DNA of 64,000 bases from an uncultured Planctomycetia bacterium (GTDB lineage Bacteria; Planctomycetota; MHYJ01; WSZJ01; CAZWCX01): contig CAZWCX010000005.1 of assembly GCA_964632945.1 (NCBI GenBank), positions 9,305 to 73,304 of the forward strand, written 5' to 3'. Position 1 is the first letter of the stretch, and each line of letters opens with the position of its first letter. The notes under the pieces were generated by a model that did not search any database, was not told where the DNA came from, and worked only from the letters and a program-made list of their open reading frames with translations. This document shows, piece by piece, positions 19,357-28,671 of this stretch. Position numbers and translations under genes: made by a program.

Positions 19357-19510
19357 GACGGCCACTCCGGCAACAGGGTGCGGGACCCCTTCATCATAGG
19401 GGCAGGGGAGGTGGCGGGCAACCCTTTCAGCCGGGCGCGGTTTTCGTTGCGGCCGCCGTCCCCCGGCTGGCACAGTGTCGCGATCGGGGGACACGAGAAC
19501 GGGAGAGGCC

Positions 19511-20413
19511 ATGACCAAGCGGCGGGCGCGGATTGCGGCCCCGGATCCCACCGGAGAGTGGGTGGTGCGCAATGGCCGCTTGCGGACCCACGCCGAGGCC
19601 GCGGTGCGGATCAGCCACCCCGGTTTTCGGATCGGTCTGGGGCTGTTCGAGACGCTCCTGGCGGTCGACGGCCGCGTCGTCGCGGCGGCGGAGCATGTCG
19701 AGCGCATGCGCGCGTCCGCGCGCTGGCTGGGACTCCGCGGGACCCCCGCCGCGCCGGCCGTGCGCCGGGGCGTGGCCGAACTGCACGCGGCATGGCGGTC
19801 CGCCGGCGCCTCGCGCGCCGCACTCCGCTTCCTCCTGGTCCGTCTCTCGCTTTCGCCCGCCTCGATCGATGCCCGCACCGCCGACTGGACCTTGACCGCG
19901 GAGCCGATCGACGCCGCGGCACGCGCGCGCCTGCGCCGCGGCGTCGCCTGCGGGCTGTCCTCCTGGCGGCAGCCGTCCACCCACCCGCTCGTCGCGCACA
20001 AGACCCTCGCCTATCTGGACCGCTGGCTCACCACGCGCGACGCGCGTCGTGAAGGGCACTTCGACGACATCCGGCTCGACGACGAGGGGTGCGTGGCCGA
20101 GGGGAGCCTGTCGTCCGTCTTCGTCGTTGCCGACGGCGTGCTGCGCGCCCCGCCGACCGCGGGCGGAATCCTCCCCGGCGTCACCGCCACGGCCGTCCTG
20201 CGCCTCGCGCGCCGGGCGCGCCTGCGGGTCCGAATCGAACCGATCCCCGCCGGCGACCTCCTCGACGCCGAAGAGATCTTTCTCACCAACTCGACCAAGG
20301 GGGTCGTGCCGGTTCTTCGCCTGGACGGCCGTCGGGTGGGGAAGGGGCGTCCCGGACCGGTCACGCGACGGTTGCAGGGGATGCTCGAACGCGCGCTCAC
20401 GGGCGGCGCGTGA
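19511..20413 (+). CDS. Aminotransferase class IV (ADC lyase / branched-chain aminotransferase family)
   Basis: GLGLFETL, HVERM, HKTL (PLP lysine), VAEGSLSSVF, ILPGVT and EEIFLTNS motifs. Confidence 0.88.
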   Translation: MTKRRARIAAPDPTGEWVVRNGRLRTHAEAAVRISHPGFRIGLGLFETLLAVDGRVVAAAEHVERMRASARWLGLRGTPAAPAVRRGVAELHAAWRSAGASRAALRFLLVRLSLSPASIDARTADWTLTAEPIDAAARARLRRGVACGLSSWRQPSTHPLVAHKTLAYLDRWLTTRDARREGHFDDIRLDDEGCVAEGSLSSVFVVADGVLRAPPTAGGILPGVTATAVLRLARRARLRVRIEPIPAGDLLDAEEIFLTNSTKGVVPVLRLDGRRVGKGRPGPVTRRLQGMLERALTGGA

Positions 20414-20492
20414 GCTTCGGCCGCTTCGCGCGGCGCGGGCCGACGACCCGCGGCCGACCGCGCACCCGACGGCGTCCGGGACCGCCCGGCCC

Positions 20493-22877
20493 TCAATAGC
20501 GTTCGTCGCGCGCCCGCCGCCGGTCGAGCACCGGCTTGCGCACGAGCCGGTTCCGGCTCACCGAGTAGCCGCCCGCGTCGAGGATCGCGCCGGCCTCTTC
20601 GTGGGTCGGGTCCAGGATCCGGAGCCGCAACGCGAAGAAGATCGCCGTTTCCTTCACGCGCAGGTCGGTCATCGAATGACACAGCCGCGCCAGCGCCAGC
20701 AGATCGTCCGGACGCAGGACCCCGCGCCGCTCGAGCAACAGGCGATCATACTCGTTGAGCAGCCGGTCGAATTCCACCTTGATCGGCTCCGGTTCCCGGT
20801 CGATCCGCTCCACCTCGGCGGAGTCGTACTGCAGTTCGGCGGACCCCCGGCCGGTGAGCAGCTTGAGCCGGACGATCCGGGCGTCGCGCGCGACGATCTT
20901 CCCGCGCAGGCTGCCGCCGGACTTCAGATGCACCGTGTCGATGAGATAGGGATCGGCCTTGCCCTCGAGATGATGGATGAGAAAGCGGATCATCGTATTG
21001 GCCGGTCCGCTCTCCGGCGTCTCGATGAATCGCTTGTAGAGCCGGATGGCGCGCTCGGGGTCGCGCAGGAAGACGCGGCAGAGGTCGGCCGCGTCGTACG
21101 TCGTGAACGGGTCCGGGGCCGAACGTTCGTGCGCCTTCTCGAACCACTCCACCGCCTCCGCGTACTTCCCGCGCTGCGCCTTGCAGCGGGCGAGGACCTC
21201 GTACCCGCGCGTGAACGCCGGGTTGCGCTGCAGCAGGGCCTCCACGCGCGGCTCGACCTCTTCGGCCTCGCCGAGGCTGAGCCGGAACCGGGCCCAGTGG
21301 TACACGGAGCGCGGGTCTTCGGGATACTCCTTCAGCATCCGCTCGTAGGCCTCGCGCGCGCGCTCGAGCTGCCCCGCGGCGTGCTGCGTCTCGCCGGCGC
21401 GCAGGAGGTCGCCCAGCGGGTCTTCGCCCGCGTTCCAGGTCTTCTGCAGGACCTTGGCCGGCTCCAGGCTGCCCAGGTTGCGTTCGGAAAAGAGGCTGCC
21501 GAAGGTCGCGTTGGGGGTGACCTGCAGGTGCAGCGGGATCGTCCCCAGGGCCTCCATCTGGCGCGCCCGCGCCAGCCGTTCCTGCTCCAGGGTGCCGATG
21601 TCGGTGGACAGAAGAGCCAACACCAGCGCCAGAACCGCCCCGCCCAGCGCGATCCCCCCGAGCGCGAGGCGCGTCGCCGACAGATGGACGACCTCGACCA
21701 GCTTCCCGGTTTGCCCGTTGATCAACAGCCGGTGGTAGTGGCCCTGGTAGTGGTAGCCGATCACGTACACGGGCATCATCACCAGCCGGACCTTGCGGTC
21801 GAGGAAGACGACCCGGACCTCCGGTCCATCCTCGTCGTCGATGTCCAGCCGGTGATGCTTCTGAAACCAGGCCAGTTCCGTGGCGATCACCTTCTCCGTC
21901 ACCCGCTCCCAGCAGGGGTCCTCGGATTCGGCCGGACGCTCGAGCTTGGCGGATCCGAGCATGAGCGGGCGGAACGGGCGAAGCATCCGGTAATTGTAGG
22001 GCAGCAGGCGTCGGAACTGTTCCGGGGGAACGCCCTGCGTGCAGGGGACCCGCTCGTTGTAGTATCCGGCGTGGCTTTCCTCGGCCCCCCCGCCCGGACC
22101 CGGCGCGGGCAGGACGGTGCGGAGGAACTTCCGCCACCGGCGCACCACCGAAGTCATGCGCGACCCGGGTGGCCCGGCGTTCGCCGCCGGAGGAGACGGG
22201 AGGGGCTCGGGGGCGGGCAGCAACCCGGAGAGCGTCGCCGCATCATGGCTCTCCCGCGTGTCGGCGACCGCGGTCGCGGGACCGTCGGGAGGCTCCGCCC
22301 CGCGCGGGTCGGGCTCCGCGCCCTCCGCCGCCACCGCCGAGTCCGCCTCCCCCGCGTCGTCTTCCGGAGAAAGCGGCGGGTGCGTCGGAATCTCGTCCGC
22401 GCCGTCGAGTGTCCCCGCTTCCGCCAGTGAGGTGCGTACGTTGCACGAGATCTGGTAGGTGGGGACGAAATGCGGCATCGGCGGGGCGCTGCGGAGCTGC
22501 TCGCGCACCTCCGCGGGAGCCCACAGATGGCTGCCCAGGTAGGACTGCACGCGGACGCGCGCCTGGTCCGGGTTGATCAGAAAGGGAAGAAAGTAGTGCT
22601 CCTCGAAAGATCCGGTCAGGTCGGGGACCTGGAGGAGCTTGCCGCTGCCGCAGTAGGAGCAGGCGAGGGGGGACAGCTTCGGGTCGAAGAACGTCTCGGC
22701 CGCGCACTGGGGGCAGCGATACCAGCGCCCCTCGGTGAACGCCGGGAAGATGACGGGGGAGCCTTCCTTGGGCGGGCGGAACGGCGAACCGCAGCACGGA
22801 CACTTCGCCTGCGGGCGGACCTCGCCGCCGCGCACTTCCAGCGAGGCGGAGCAGGTTTCGCAGGTGAGCCGAATCAA
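20493..22877 (-). CDS. Multi-zinc-ribbon membrane protein with TPR C-terminal region
   Basis: Four CxxC pairs (CETC, CPCC, CPQC, CSYC); one TM (LALGGIALGGAVLALVLALLS); TPRs; terminal DTVHLKSGGSLRGKIV module. Confidence 0.8.
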   Translation of the reverse strand: MIRLTCETCSASLEVRGGEVRPQAKCPCCGSPFRPPKEGSPVIFPAFTEGRWYRCPQCAAETFFDPKLSPLACSYCGSGKLLQVPDLTGSFEEHYFLPFLINPDQARVRVQSYLGSHLWAPAEVREQLRSAPPMPHFVPTYQISCNVRTSLAEAGTLDGADEIPTHPPLSPEDDAGEADSAVAAEGAEPDPRGAEPPDGPATAVADTRESHDAATLSGLLPAPEPLPSPPAANAGPPGSRMTSVVRRWRKFLRTVLPAPGPGGGAEESHAGYYNERVPCTQGVPPEQFRRLLPYNYRMLRPFRPLMLGSAKLERPAESEDPCWERVTEKVIATELAWFQKHHRLDIDDEDGPEVRVVFLDRKVRLVMMPVYVIGYHYQGHYHRLLINGQTGKLVEVVHLSATRLALGGIALGGAVLALVLALLSTDIGTLEQERLARARQMEALGTIPLHLQVTPNATFGSLFSERNLGSLEPAKVLQKTWNAGEDPLGDLLRAGETQHAAGQLERAREAYERMLKEYPEDPRSVYHWARFRLSLGEAEEVEPRVEALLQRNPAFTRGYEVLARCKAQRGKYAEAVEWFEKAHERSAPDPFTTYDAADLCRVFLRDPERAIRLYKRFIETPESGPANTMIRFLIHHLEGKADPYLIDTVHLKSGGSLRGKIVARDARIVRLKLLTGRGSAELQYDSAEVERIDREPEPIKVEFDRLLNEYDRLLLERRGVLRPDDLLALARLCHSMTDLRVKETAIFFALRLRILDPTHEEAGAILDAGGYSVSRNRLVRKPVLDRRRARDERY

Positions 22878-22954
22878 GGGAGCCTCCCGCGGCGGCGATT
22901 CGGGTGCGCAGGATCAGCCTGTGGTGTAGCACGCGCCGCAGGTGCTGGCAAGAA

Positions 22955-23806
22955 TCAACGCCGCTCCGGGGGCCAGATCCGGATCCGGATGGCCGATCGG
23001 GGCTCGATTCCGTGCGCGTCCCCCGGGATCGGGGTCGGGGGCCAATCGAAGGCGGCGGGTGCCACCCGTCGGATCGGCAGCGAGGGGTCGAACAGGGCCG
23101 GCATGCGGCGCAGGGCGTGGCGCATCTCGACCTGGAGCAATTCCTGACCCGCGCCGAACCAGACGAAAGCCGCCACCAGGACCAGCATGGGCTGAAACAG
23201 CATGCCGGCGAGTCCGAACACGATCGCCAGGGACCGGCCGATGCGGACCGCGATCCGCGTCGCCGAGACGTGCGGCATGGCGTAGGCCAGCAGGGCGCGC
23301 AGGACCCGGCCGCCGTCCATCGGGAAGGCCGGGATCATGTTGAACAACGCGAGCGCGATGTTGAGCAGGACCAGGGTGGCGAGGAATCCGGCGCCGTACT
23401 CCGCCGTAACCGCGTCCGTGCTCCATCCCATCGCCAGCAGCGCGGGGACCAACAGGAGTCCGGCCAGCATCACGTTGACGGCCGGACCGGCGAGGGCGAT
23501 CACCAGCTCCCGGGTCGGATCCTCGGGGATTCGCTCCAGACGCGCGACTCCGCCGATCGGCAGGAGGATGATGTCGCGCGTGCCGATGCCGTAGTGCCGG
23601 GCGGCGAGGGCATGACCGAGTTCATGCAGGACGATGATGCCGAAGGCGCAGAGCATCAGCAACAGGCCTCCCAGCAGCGAGGCCGTCCCGCCGCCTCCGG
23701 AGAGGTGGGCGAACACCACGAGGAGCGGCAGGAACAGGAAGGTGGCGTGAACGTAGACGTCGATGCCGGCCAGGCGTCCGATTTTCCAGGACCACTTCAT
23801 CTTCAT
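22955..23806 (-). CDS. Site-2 protease (M50 family) zinc metalloprotease
   Basis: HELGH, IALAGPAVN and FNMIPAFPMDGGR motifs; several TM segments; no CBS domain. Confidence 0.88.
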   Translation of the reverse strand: MKMKWSWKIGRLAGIDVYVHATFLFLPLLVVFAHLSGGGGTASLLGGLLLMLCAFGIIVLHELGHALAARHYGIGTRDIILLPIGGVARLERIPEDPTRELVIALAGPAVNVMLAGLLLVPALLAMGWSTDAVTAEYGAGFLATLVLLNIALALFNMIPAFPMDGGRVLRALLAYAMPHVSATRIAVRIGRSLAIVFGLAGMLFQPMLVLVAAFVWFGAGQELLQVEMRHALRRMPALFDPSLPIRRVAPAAFDWPPTPIPGDAHGIEPRSAIRIRIWPPERR

Positions 23807-24105
23807 GTTCGGGATCTCCGTGCGGAGTCGATACCGGCCTGCCCAGGGTTGCAATTGCCGTGCCGGGCGCGCGCCGCAGGTCTGCACTCCCTGGATTCAA
23901 ACAGGAAGGGCGCACGCCTTATTCGGGGATTGCCGTGACCCACTCCGGGTCCCGCGCGACAGTCTGTCAAAAGGGCAGGAGGCAGGGCCGAGATCACGGG
24001 GGCAGGCAGATGCGACCGGTCGGCCCCCATCGCGGGATCCGGGGGCTCACGTCGTTGACGCGCGGGACGGAGCGGGGTACCCTGCACGGATCGGAAGGAG
24101 GACCG

Positions 24106-24308
24106 ATGTCGCCGTCGACGGTTCCGGTGTTCGTCACGTCCGTGCTGGCCGCGGTCGCGGGGTTCGGGCTGTTCCTGCACGGAGCGGGGCGGCATGCCGA
24201 CGGCATGGCGTCGAAGCATTGGCCCGCCACGATCGGCAGCGTCATCGAGAGCCGCTGCCGGCGACCTTCGCCCGACTTGCGTACGAGCCGGACGCCTTCG
24301 TGAAGTGA
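24106..24308 (+). pseudogene. Truncated DUF3592-like gene relic
   Basis: SD AAGGAGG, ATG 24106, TM segment, then HWPATIGSVIES (resembling the DUF3592 start). The frame ends after 65 aa, and LAYEPDAF in a shifted frame also stops at once. Confidence 0.4.
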
Positions 24309-24410
24309 AGTCGCGATCCCCGGCCTCGCGACACGGGGATCGGCCAAGGGTTCTTCGCGGATCGTCCGGCAGACTGAAGCGGACGTCTTCCCCCCCCGGC
24401 GACCGGTCGC

Positions 24411-26036
24411 CTATTCCAGCCCCTCGGTGCGCAGTTTCTGCTTGGCCGTCTTTCCTTCCGTGGACTTGGCGTGCTTCGCGGCGAGGAGTTTCAGCAACTC
24501 GCCGCCGAACTCCCGTTCCGCGCCCATCCGCTCGGTGAATCGGTATCCCAGGTAGAGCAGGGCGTCCGGTCGGACGGCGGGCTTCTCCGCCTTGAGGCGC
24601 TTGAGCAGGGGAAAGTCCGGATTCCGGAGCAGGTGGGCGATCTGCACCACGGGAGACTGGGGATCGCTCGACGGTCGGGAGATGTCGAGGTTCATGAAGT
24701 CCAGCCGCGCGAGGGCGAGTTCGTACGTCACCTCCGGGGTGACGAGGTCGTCCCGGTTGACGAGCGCGAGATACTTCGCCGCCGCCTCCGGCTTCTTCGT
24801 TTTGCGCAGCGTGCGCCCCTTGTCGAGCAGGAGATCGACGAGGCGTTTGGGATCGGCCAGGCGCAGCAGTTCGAAATAGACCTTGACCTCTTCCTTGCCG
24901 CCGTCGACGGCGGCGAGGAGTTTCTTGCTGACCGAGAGGCGGGCGGGTCCCTCGAGTTTCACGCCCTGTCCCTTGAGGATCTGCACGAGCGTCCAGCCGC
25001 GGGCGACGCCGTCGAATTTTCCGAAGGCGTCGAGGACGGCCTTGGAGTACGCCGGATTCTGCAGGGCGCGCGCGGCCTCTTCGGCCTGCTTGGGATCGGG
25101 GTGGTCGAGGAGGCCGAGGAGGAGAGCGGCGGACTGCTTCGAGCCGGTGGTGCCGATCGCGCGTTCGGCGTAGAGGCGCACCGCATGGTGGGGGCTTTCG
25201 AGGATTTTCTCCAGGCGCTTCTGTGCGCTCTTGGGCGCGGGGATGCGGGCCAGCACGGCGAGGGCGTGGACCACGACGTTGGCGTAGTCCTCGTCCTCGA
25301 GCAGGGGGAGGAGGGCCTCCGCGAGGGTCGCTTCGTCCTTCGGCTGGATCGGGACGTGGCCGAGGGACAGGAGCGCATTGGCGCGCACCTGGGCAGGTTC
25401 CTTGTGCCCCGTGAAGCGGAGCAGGTGCTTGACCGCTTCGGGCTCGCGGAGGTGGCCGAGCAGTCGGATGGCGGAGACCGCGGCGTTGCGGTTCTTCTTC
25501 GCCTCCGCGCTGCCGAGCAGCTTGGCGCAGCGTTGGAACACCTCGCGGCGTTCCTTGTCGGTCATGGCGTCGATGCGCGTGCGGACGAGGGCGGTGGCGG
25601 TCTTGACGACTTCGTAGTCCTCGTCTTTCATGCATTCCATGAGCAGGTCGAGGGCTTCCTTGCTGCGCATGTGACCGAGCGTCTCGACGACGGCCATCCG
25701 CATGGCGGGGGACTTCCGGTCCAGGTAGGGGGTGAGCGCGGAGATGACGTCCGGTCCGGCGGCGACCAGGAGTTCGCGGGCCTTCGTGCGGAGGGGTTCG
25801 GGCTCGACGAGGGCGGCGATGACGTGTTTCAGCGCGTCGGCGCGGCGGAACTTGCCGAGGGCCTGGAGCGCGTAGGCGCGGGCGAGCGCGGGACCGTCGG
25901 CCAGGAGGCTGCCGAGCTTGCGGACGGTTTCTTCGTTGGCCGACCCGATCTCGCCGAGGACGCGGGCGGCCGCGCACTGCAGCTCGACGTCGGCGGACGA
26001 GAGCATGCCCAGGATGGCGTCCAGCTCGCGCGACAT
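24411..26036 (-). CDS. HEAT-repeat protein
   Basis: Repeated ..AAARVLGEIG / ALQALGKF / AVVETLGHM / AIRLLGHL helical units. Start placed at ATG 26036. Confidence 0.85.
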   Translation of the reverse strand: MSRELDAILGMLSSADVELQCAAARVLGEIGSANEETVRKLGSLLADGPALARAYALQALGKFRRADALKHVIAALVEPEPLRTKARELLVAAGPDVISALTPYLDRKSPAMRMAVVETLGHMRSKEALDLLMECMKDEDYEVVKTATALVRTRIDAMTDKERREVFQRCAKLLGSAEAKKNRNAAVSAIRLLGHLREPEAVKHLLRFTGHKEPAQVRANALLSLGHVPIQPKDEATLAEALLPLLEDEDYANVVVHALAVLARIPAPKSAQKRLEKILESPHHAVRLYAERAIGTTGSKQSAALLLGLLDHPDPKQAEEAARALQNPAYSKAVLDAFGKFDGVARGWTLVQILKGQGVKLEGPARLSVSKKLLAAVDGGKEEVKVYFELLRLADPKRLVDLLLDKGRTLRKTKKPEAAAKYLALVNRDDLVTPEVTYELALARLDFMNLDISRPSSDPQSPVVQIAHLLRNPDFPLLKRLKAEKPAVRPDALLYLGYRFTERMGAEREFGGELLKLLAAKHAKSTEGKTAKQKLRTEGLE

Positions 26037-26206
26037 CGGTGGAATCTCCAAAAAAAAGCAGCCGACGGATTCGCGGATGATAGCGGTCGACCTCGCGCGG
26101 CACAAGCAAATCCGCCCCGGCGTTCGATTTGCTTGCCGCGGGCGGGATCCAGAGGCTACAAAGGGGCGGAAACCTGCCGGGAGCGGTGGCTGATAGGAGA
26201 ACGATC

Positions 26207-27502
26207 GTGCCGGGACGCGTCCTGATCCTCGAGGAAGACGGCAAGCTGGTGGCTTCGTTCGTCAAGGCCCTCACCAAGCAGGGGTGCGAGGTGCTGGTCA
26301 ACCCCGACGTCGAGGCCGGGCTGGAGGACAACCGCAAGCAGGAGTTCGACCTCGTCCTCCTGACGGTGCCGACGGGGGACCGGCCGGCGGCGGAGGTGGT
26401 CCGGCAGCTGCAGGCGGACCGTCCGGAGCTGGACGTGCTGCTGCTGACGCCGGGCGATCCCGTGACCGGGGCGGCGGTGGGGGAGGCGTTGCGCGCCGGG
26501 GCGGGCGGCTGCCTCCCGCGCTCGGCCGACAATCCCGTGTGGGTGCGCACGGCCGTGGAGCGGGTGCTGGCCCTGCGCCGCCTGCGGCGCGAGAAGGAGG
26601 ATCTGCGGCGCCACCTCGAGCGGCACGCCACCGAGGACGCGCTCACCGGGCTTTCCAACAAGCGCGAATTCGACCGGCGCCTCGCCGCCGAGTTCAACCG
26701 CTCGGACCGGATCGCCACGCCGCTGTGCGTCATGCTGGTCGATCTCGACCGGTTCCAGGCGGTCACCGACACCTACGGGCGGGAGGTCGGCGATCGGATC
26801 GTGGTCCGGATCGCGGACGTGCTGCAATCCCAGCTGCGCCCGTACGACGTGCGCGCGCGTCTGGAAGTGGATCAGTTCGGATTGATTCTGCCCGCGATGG
26901 ACGTGTCGCTCGCCCGCTCGGTGGCCGAGCGGTTGCGCAAGGCGATCGAGCGGGCGGAAATCGACCATCAGGGGACGCGGATCGGCGTGACCGCGAGCCT
27001 GGGCGTGGCCGTCTACGGCCTGGACAATTTCGCCGGGCACGAAGCGTTGCTCGACGGCGCCGTGGATGCGCTGAAGCGCGCCAAGATGCGCGGGCGGAAC
27101 CGGACCGTCCTGTTTACCCGGGCGCGCGTGCCGGGGATCCTGCTGGTCGAGGACTCCTCGCACGATGCCGAGTTCCTCAACGCGCTCCTGCGCAGCGAGG
27201 GGTTCGAGGTCAAGATCGTGGAGCGGGGGGAGCAGGCGGTCGACCAGGTCCGGCGCGGCTGGAACGGGTGGATTTTCCTGAGCCTGGGGGTGCAGGATCC
27301 TCCCGGCGTCGAGACGCTGCAGCGGATCCTGCAGATCGCGCCGGGGGCGCAGGTGGTGCTGGCCGTCTCGGATGACGCGATCGCCCAGGTGCCGGCGGCG
27401 CTGGGGCTCGGACCCGCGATCCTGCTGCGCAAGCCGTTCGAATCGGAACAGGTCCGCCGGTTGTTGGTCGGCCTGATGTCGCGTGAGGTGAGCGGGGCAT
27501 AG
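26207..27502 (+). CDS. REC-GGDEF(degenerate)-REC protein, probable c-di-GMP receptor
   Basis: GTG start after AGGAG. EDALTGLSN and VDLDRFQ mark the GGDEF domain; the A-site reads RLEVDQF; I-site RPYD retained; both receiver domains lack the phospho-Asp. Confidence 0.88.
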   Translation: MPGRVLILEEDGKLVASFVKALTKQGCEVLVNPDVEAGLEDNRKQEFDLVLLTVPTGDRPAAEVVRQLQADRPELDVLLLTPGDPVTGAAVGEALRAGAGGCLPRSADNPVWVRTAVERVLALRRLRREKEDLRRHLERHATEDALTGLSNKREFDRRLAAEFNRSDRIATPLCVMLVDLDRFQAVTDTYGREVGDRIVVRIADVLQSQLRPYDVRARLEVDQFGLILPAMDVSLARSVAERLRKAIERAEIDHQGTRIGVTASLGVAVYGLDNFAGHEALLDGAVDALKRAKMRGRNRTVLFTRARVPGILLVEDSSHDAEFLNALLRSEGFEVKIVERGEQAVDQVRRGWNGWIFLSLGVQDPPGVETLQRILQIAPGAQVVLAVSDDAIAQVPAALGLGPAILLRKPFESEQVRRLLVGLMSREVSGA

Positions 27503-27653
27503 TCGCGTGTCCCGGCCGAGCCGCTCCCCGCCGGCGTTCACGCCGAAGGCGGGGCCGCGGACCCGGCGATCGGGCTGGACAAGCCCGGCGGTTGGAAGAG
27601 TTTCACCGGCGTGCCCGCGTCGCACGCTCCGGATGGCCCCCTTCGGTGCGCGC

Positions 27654-28559
27654 ATGGCCCGACGACTCGACTCCGATTCCGTGCGTCGCCACGTCTCCGG
27701 ATTGCTGCGCGAGTACGCGCGGCAGTTTCAGACCCTCTGCCGGCAGGTCCGCCGTCGCATCGAGGACGATCCGGTGCACGACCTGCGGGTGCTCACGCGG
27801 CGCATCCGGTCGGCGCTCTGGGTCGCGCGCCGGCTCGCCCCGGCGTGGGAGTTCGGACTTCTCCGGCGCGCCCTGCGGCGGCTGGGCAGCGTCCTCGGGC
27901 GCCGGCGCATGCTCGATGTGGCGGCCGCGGACGCGGCGCGCTACGGACTCGACGTCGCCCGCCTGGAGCGGCACCGCGCCCACGAAGGGGCCGCACTGAT
28001 CCAGCAGCTCGGGGATGTTCACCGCGTGGCGATCGTGGCGGCGCTCAAGGAGGCCGCGCGCATGGTCCTCCGCTCGACCGACGATCGCCTGGCCGGGGCG
28101 CTCGAGGGGCGCGCCCATCGCCTCGACGCCGCGCTTCGGCACTCCGATCGCGGCAAGGCCGCCCTGCACGAACTGCGCATCGAGGCCAAGCAGGTGCGCT
28201 ACCTCCTGGAGGCGCTTGGGCGCAAGGGCGACTTCCTCCGCGAACTGCAGCGGCGGATCGGTCGCGCGCACGACCTGGAGGTGCTCCAGAAGAGATTCAA
28301 GAAACGACACGAGGCGGTGGCCCGCGATGAGGCGCAGGAACGCGCCGCGGCGGAGCGGATCAAGGGTCGGGTGGTGGGTCGGGCCGTGGAAGTGCTCACG
28401 GCCTGCGTCGGCGCCTTGCGCGGGGAGGAGGCGGCTCCTCCCGCGAAGACGTCGTCCTCCGTTCAGGACCCGAGCGATGCCCACTCCCCACCCCCGACGG
28501 ATTTCGAGGACTCCACGAACCCTGCTGCCGACCCTGCGGCCGGAGAATCCGTCTCCTGA
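27654..28559 (+). CDS. CHAD-domain protein
   Basis: PVHDLRVLTRRIRS, LHELRIEAKQVRYLLE and LQRRIGRAHDLEV motifs. Confidence 0.85.
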   Translation: MARRLDSDSVRRHVSGLLREYARQFQTLCRQVRRRIEDDPVHDLRVLTRRIRSALWVARRLAPAWEFGLLRRALRRLGSVLGRRRMLDVAAADAARYGLDVARLERHRAHEGAALIQQLGDVHRVAIVAALKEAARMVLRSTDDRLAGALEGRAHRLDAALRHSDRGKAALHELRIEAKQVRYLLEALGRKGDFLRELQRRIGRAHDLEVLQKRFKKRHEAVARDEAQERAAAERIKGRVVGRAVEVLTACVGALRGEEAAPPAKTSSSVQDPSDAHSPPPTDFEDSTNPAADPAAGESVS

Positions 28560-28671
28560 CCGGAACCACGGACTGCCGGGACTCGGAGCGACTTCCCCGT
28601 CCGGCAACGGCGGCAACGCCGCCGCCCGCGTGCGGGGCATGTTCTCCCCCGTTCAGCATCGGAAGACCGAC

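Noticed and set aside
2701-20052. Very long antisense or alternative-frame ORFs (2701..6987, 5042..9958, 14038..16263, 16291..20052, and similarly 40204..44127, 43970..46435)
   Set aside because: Shadow frames of high-GC genes. They have no recognisable motifs and overlap well-supported CDSs.
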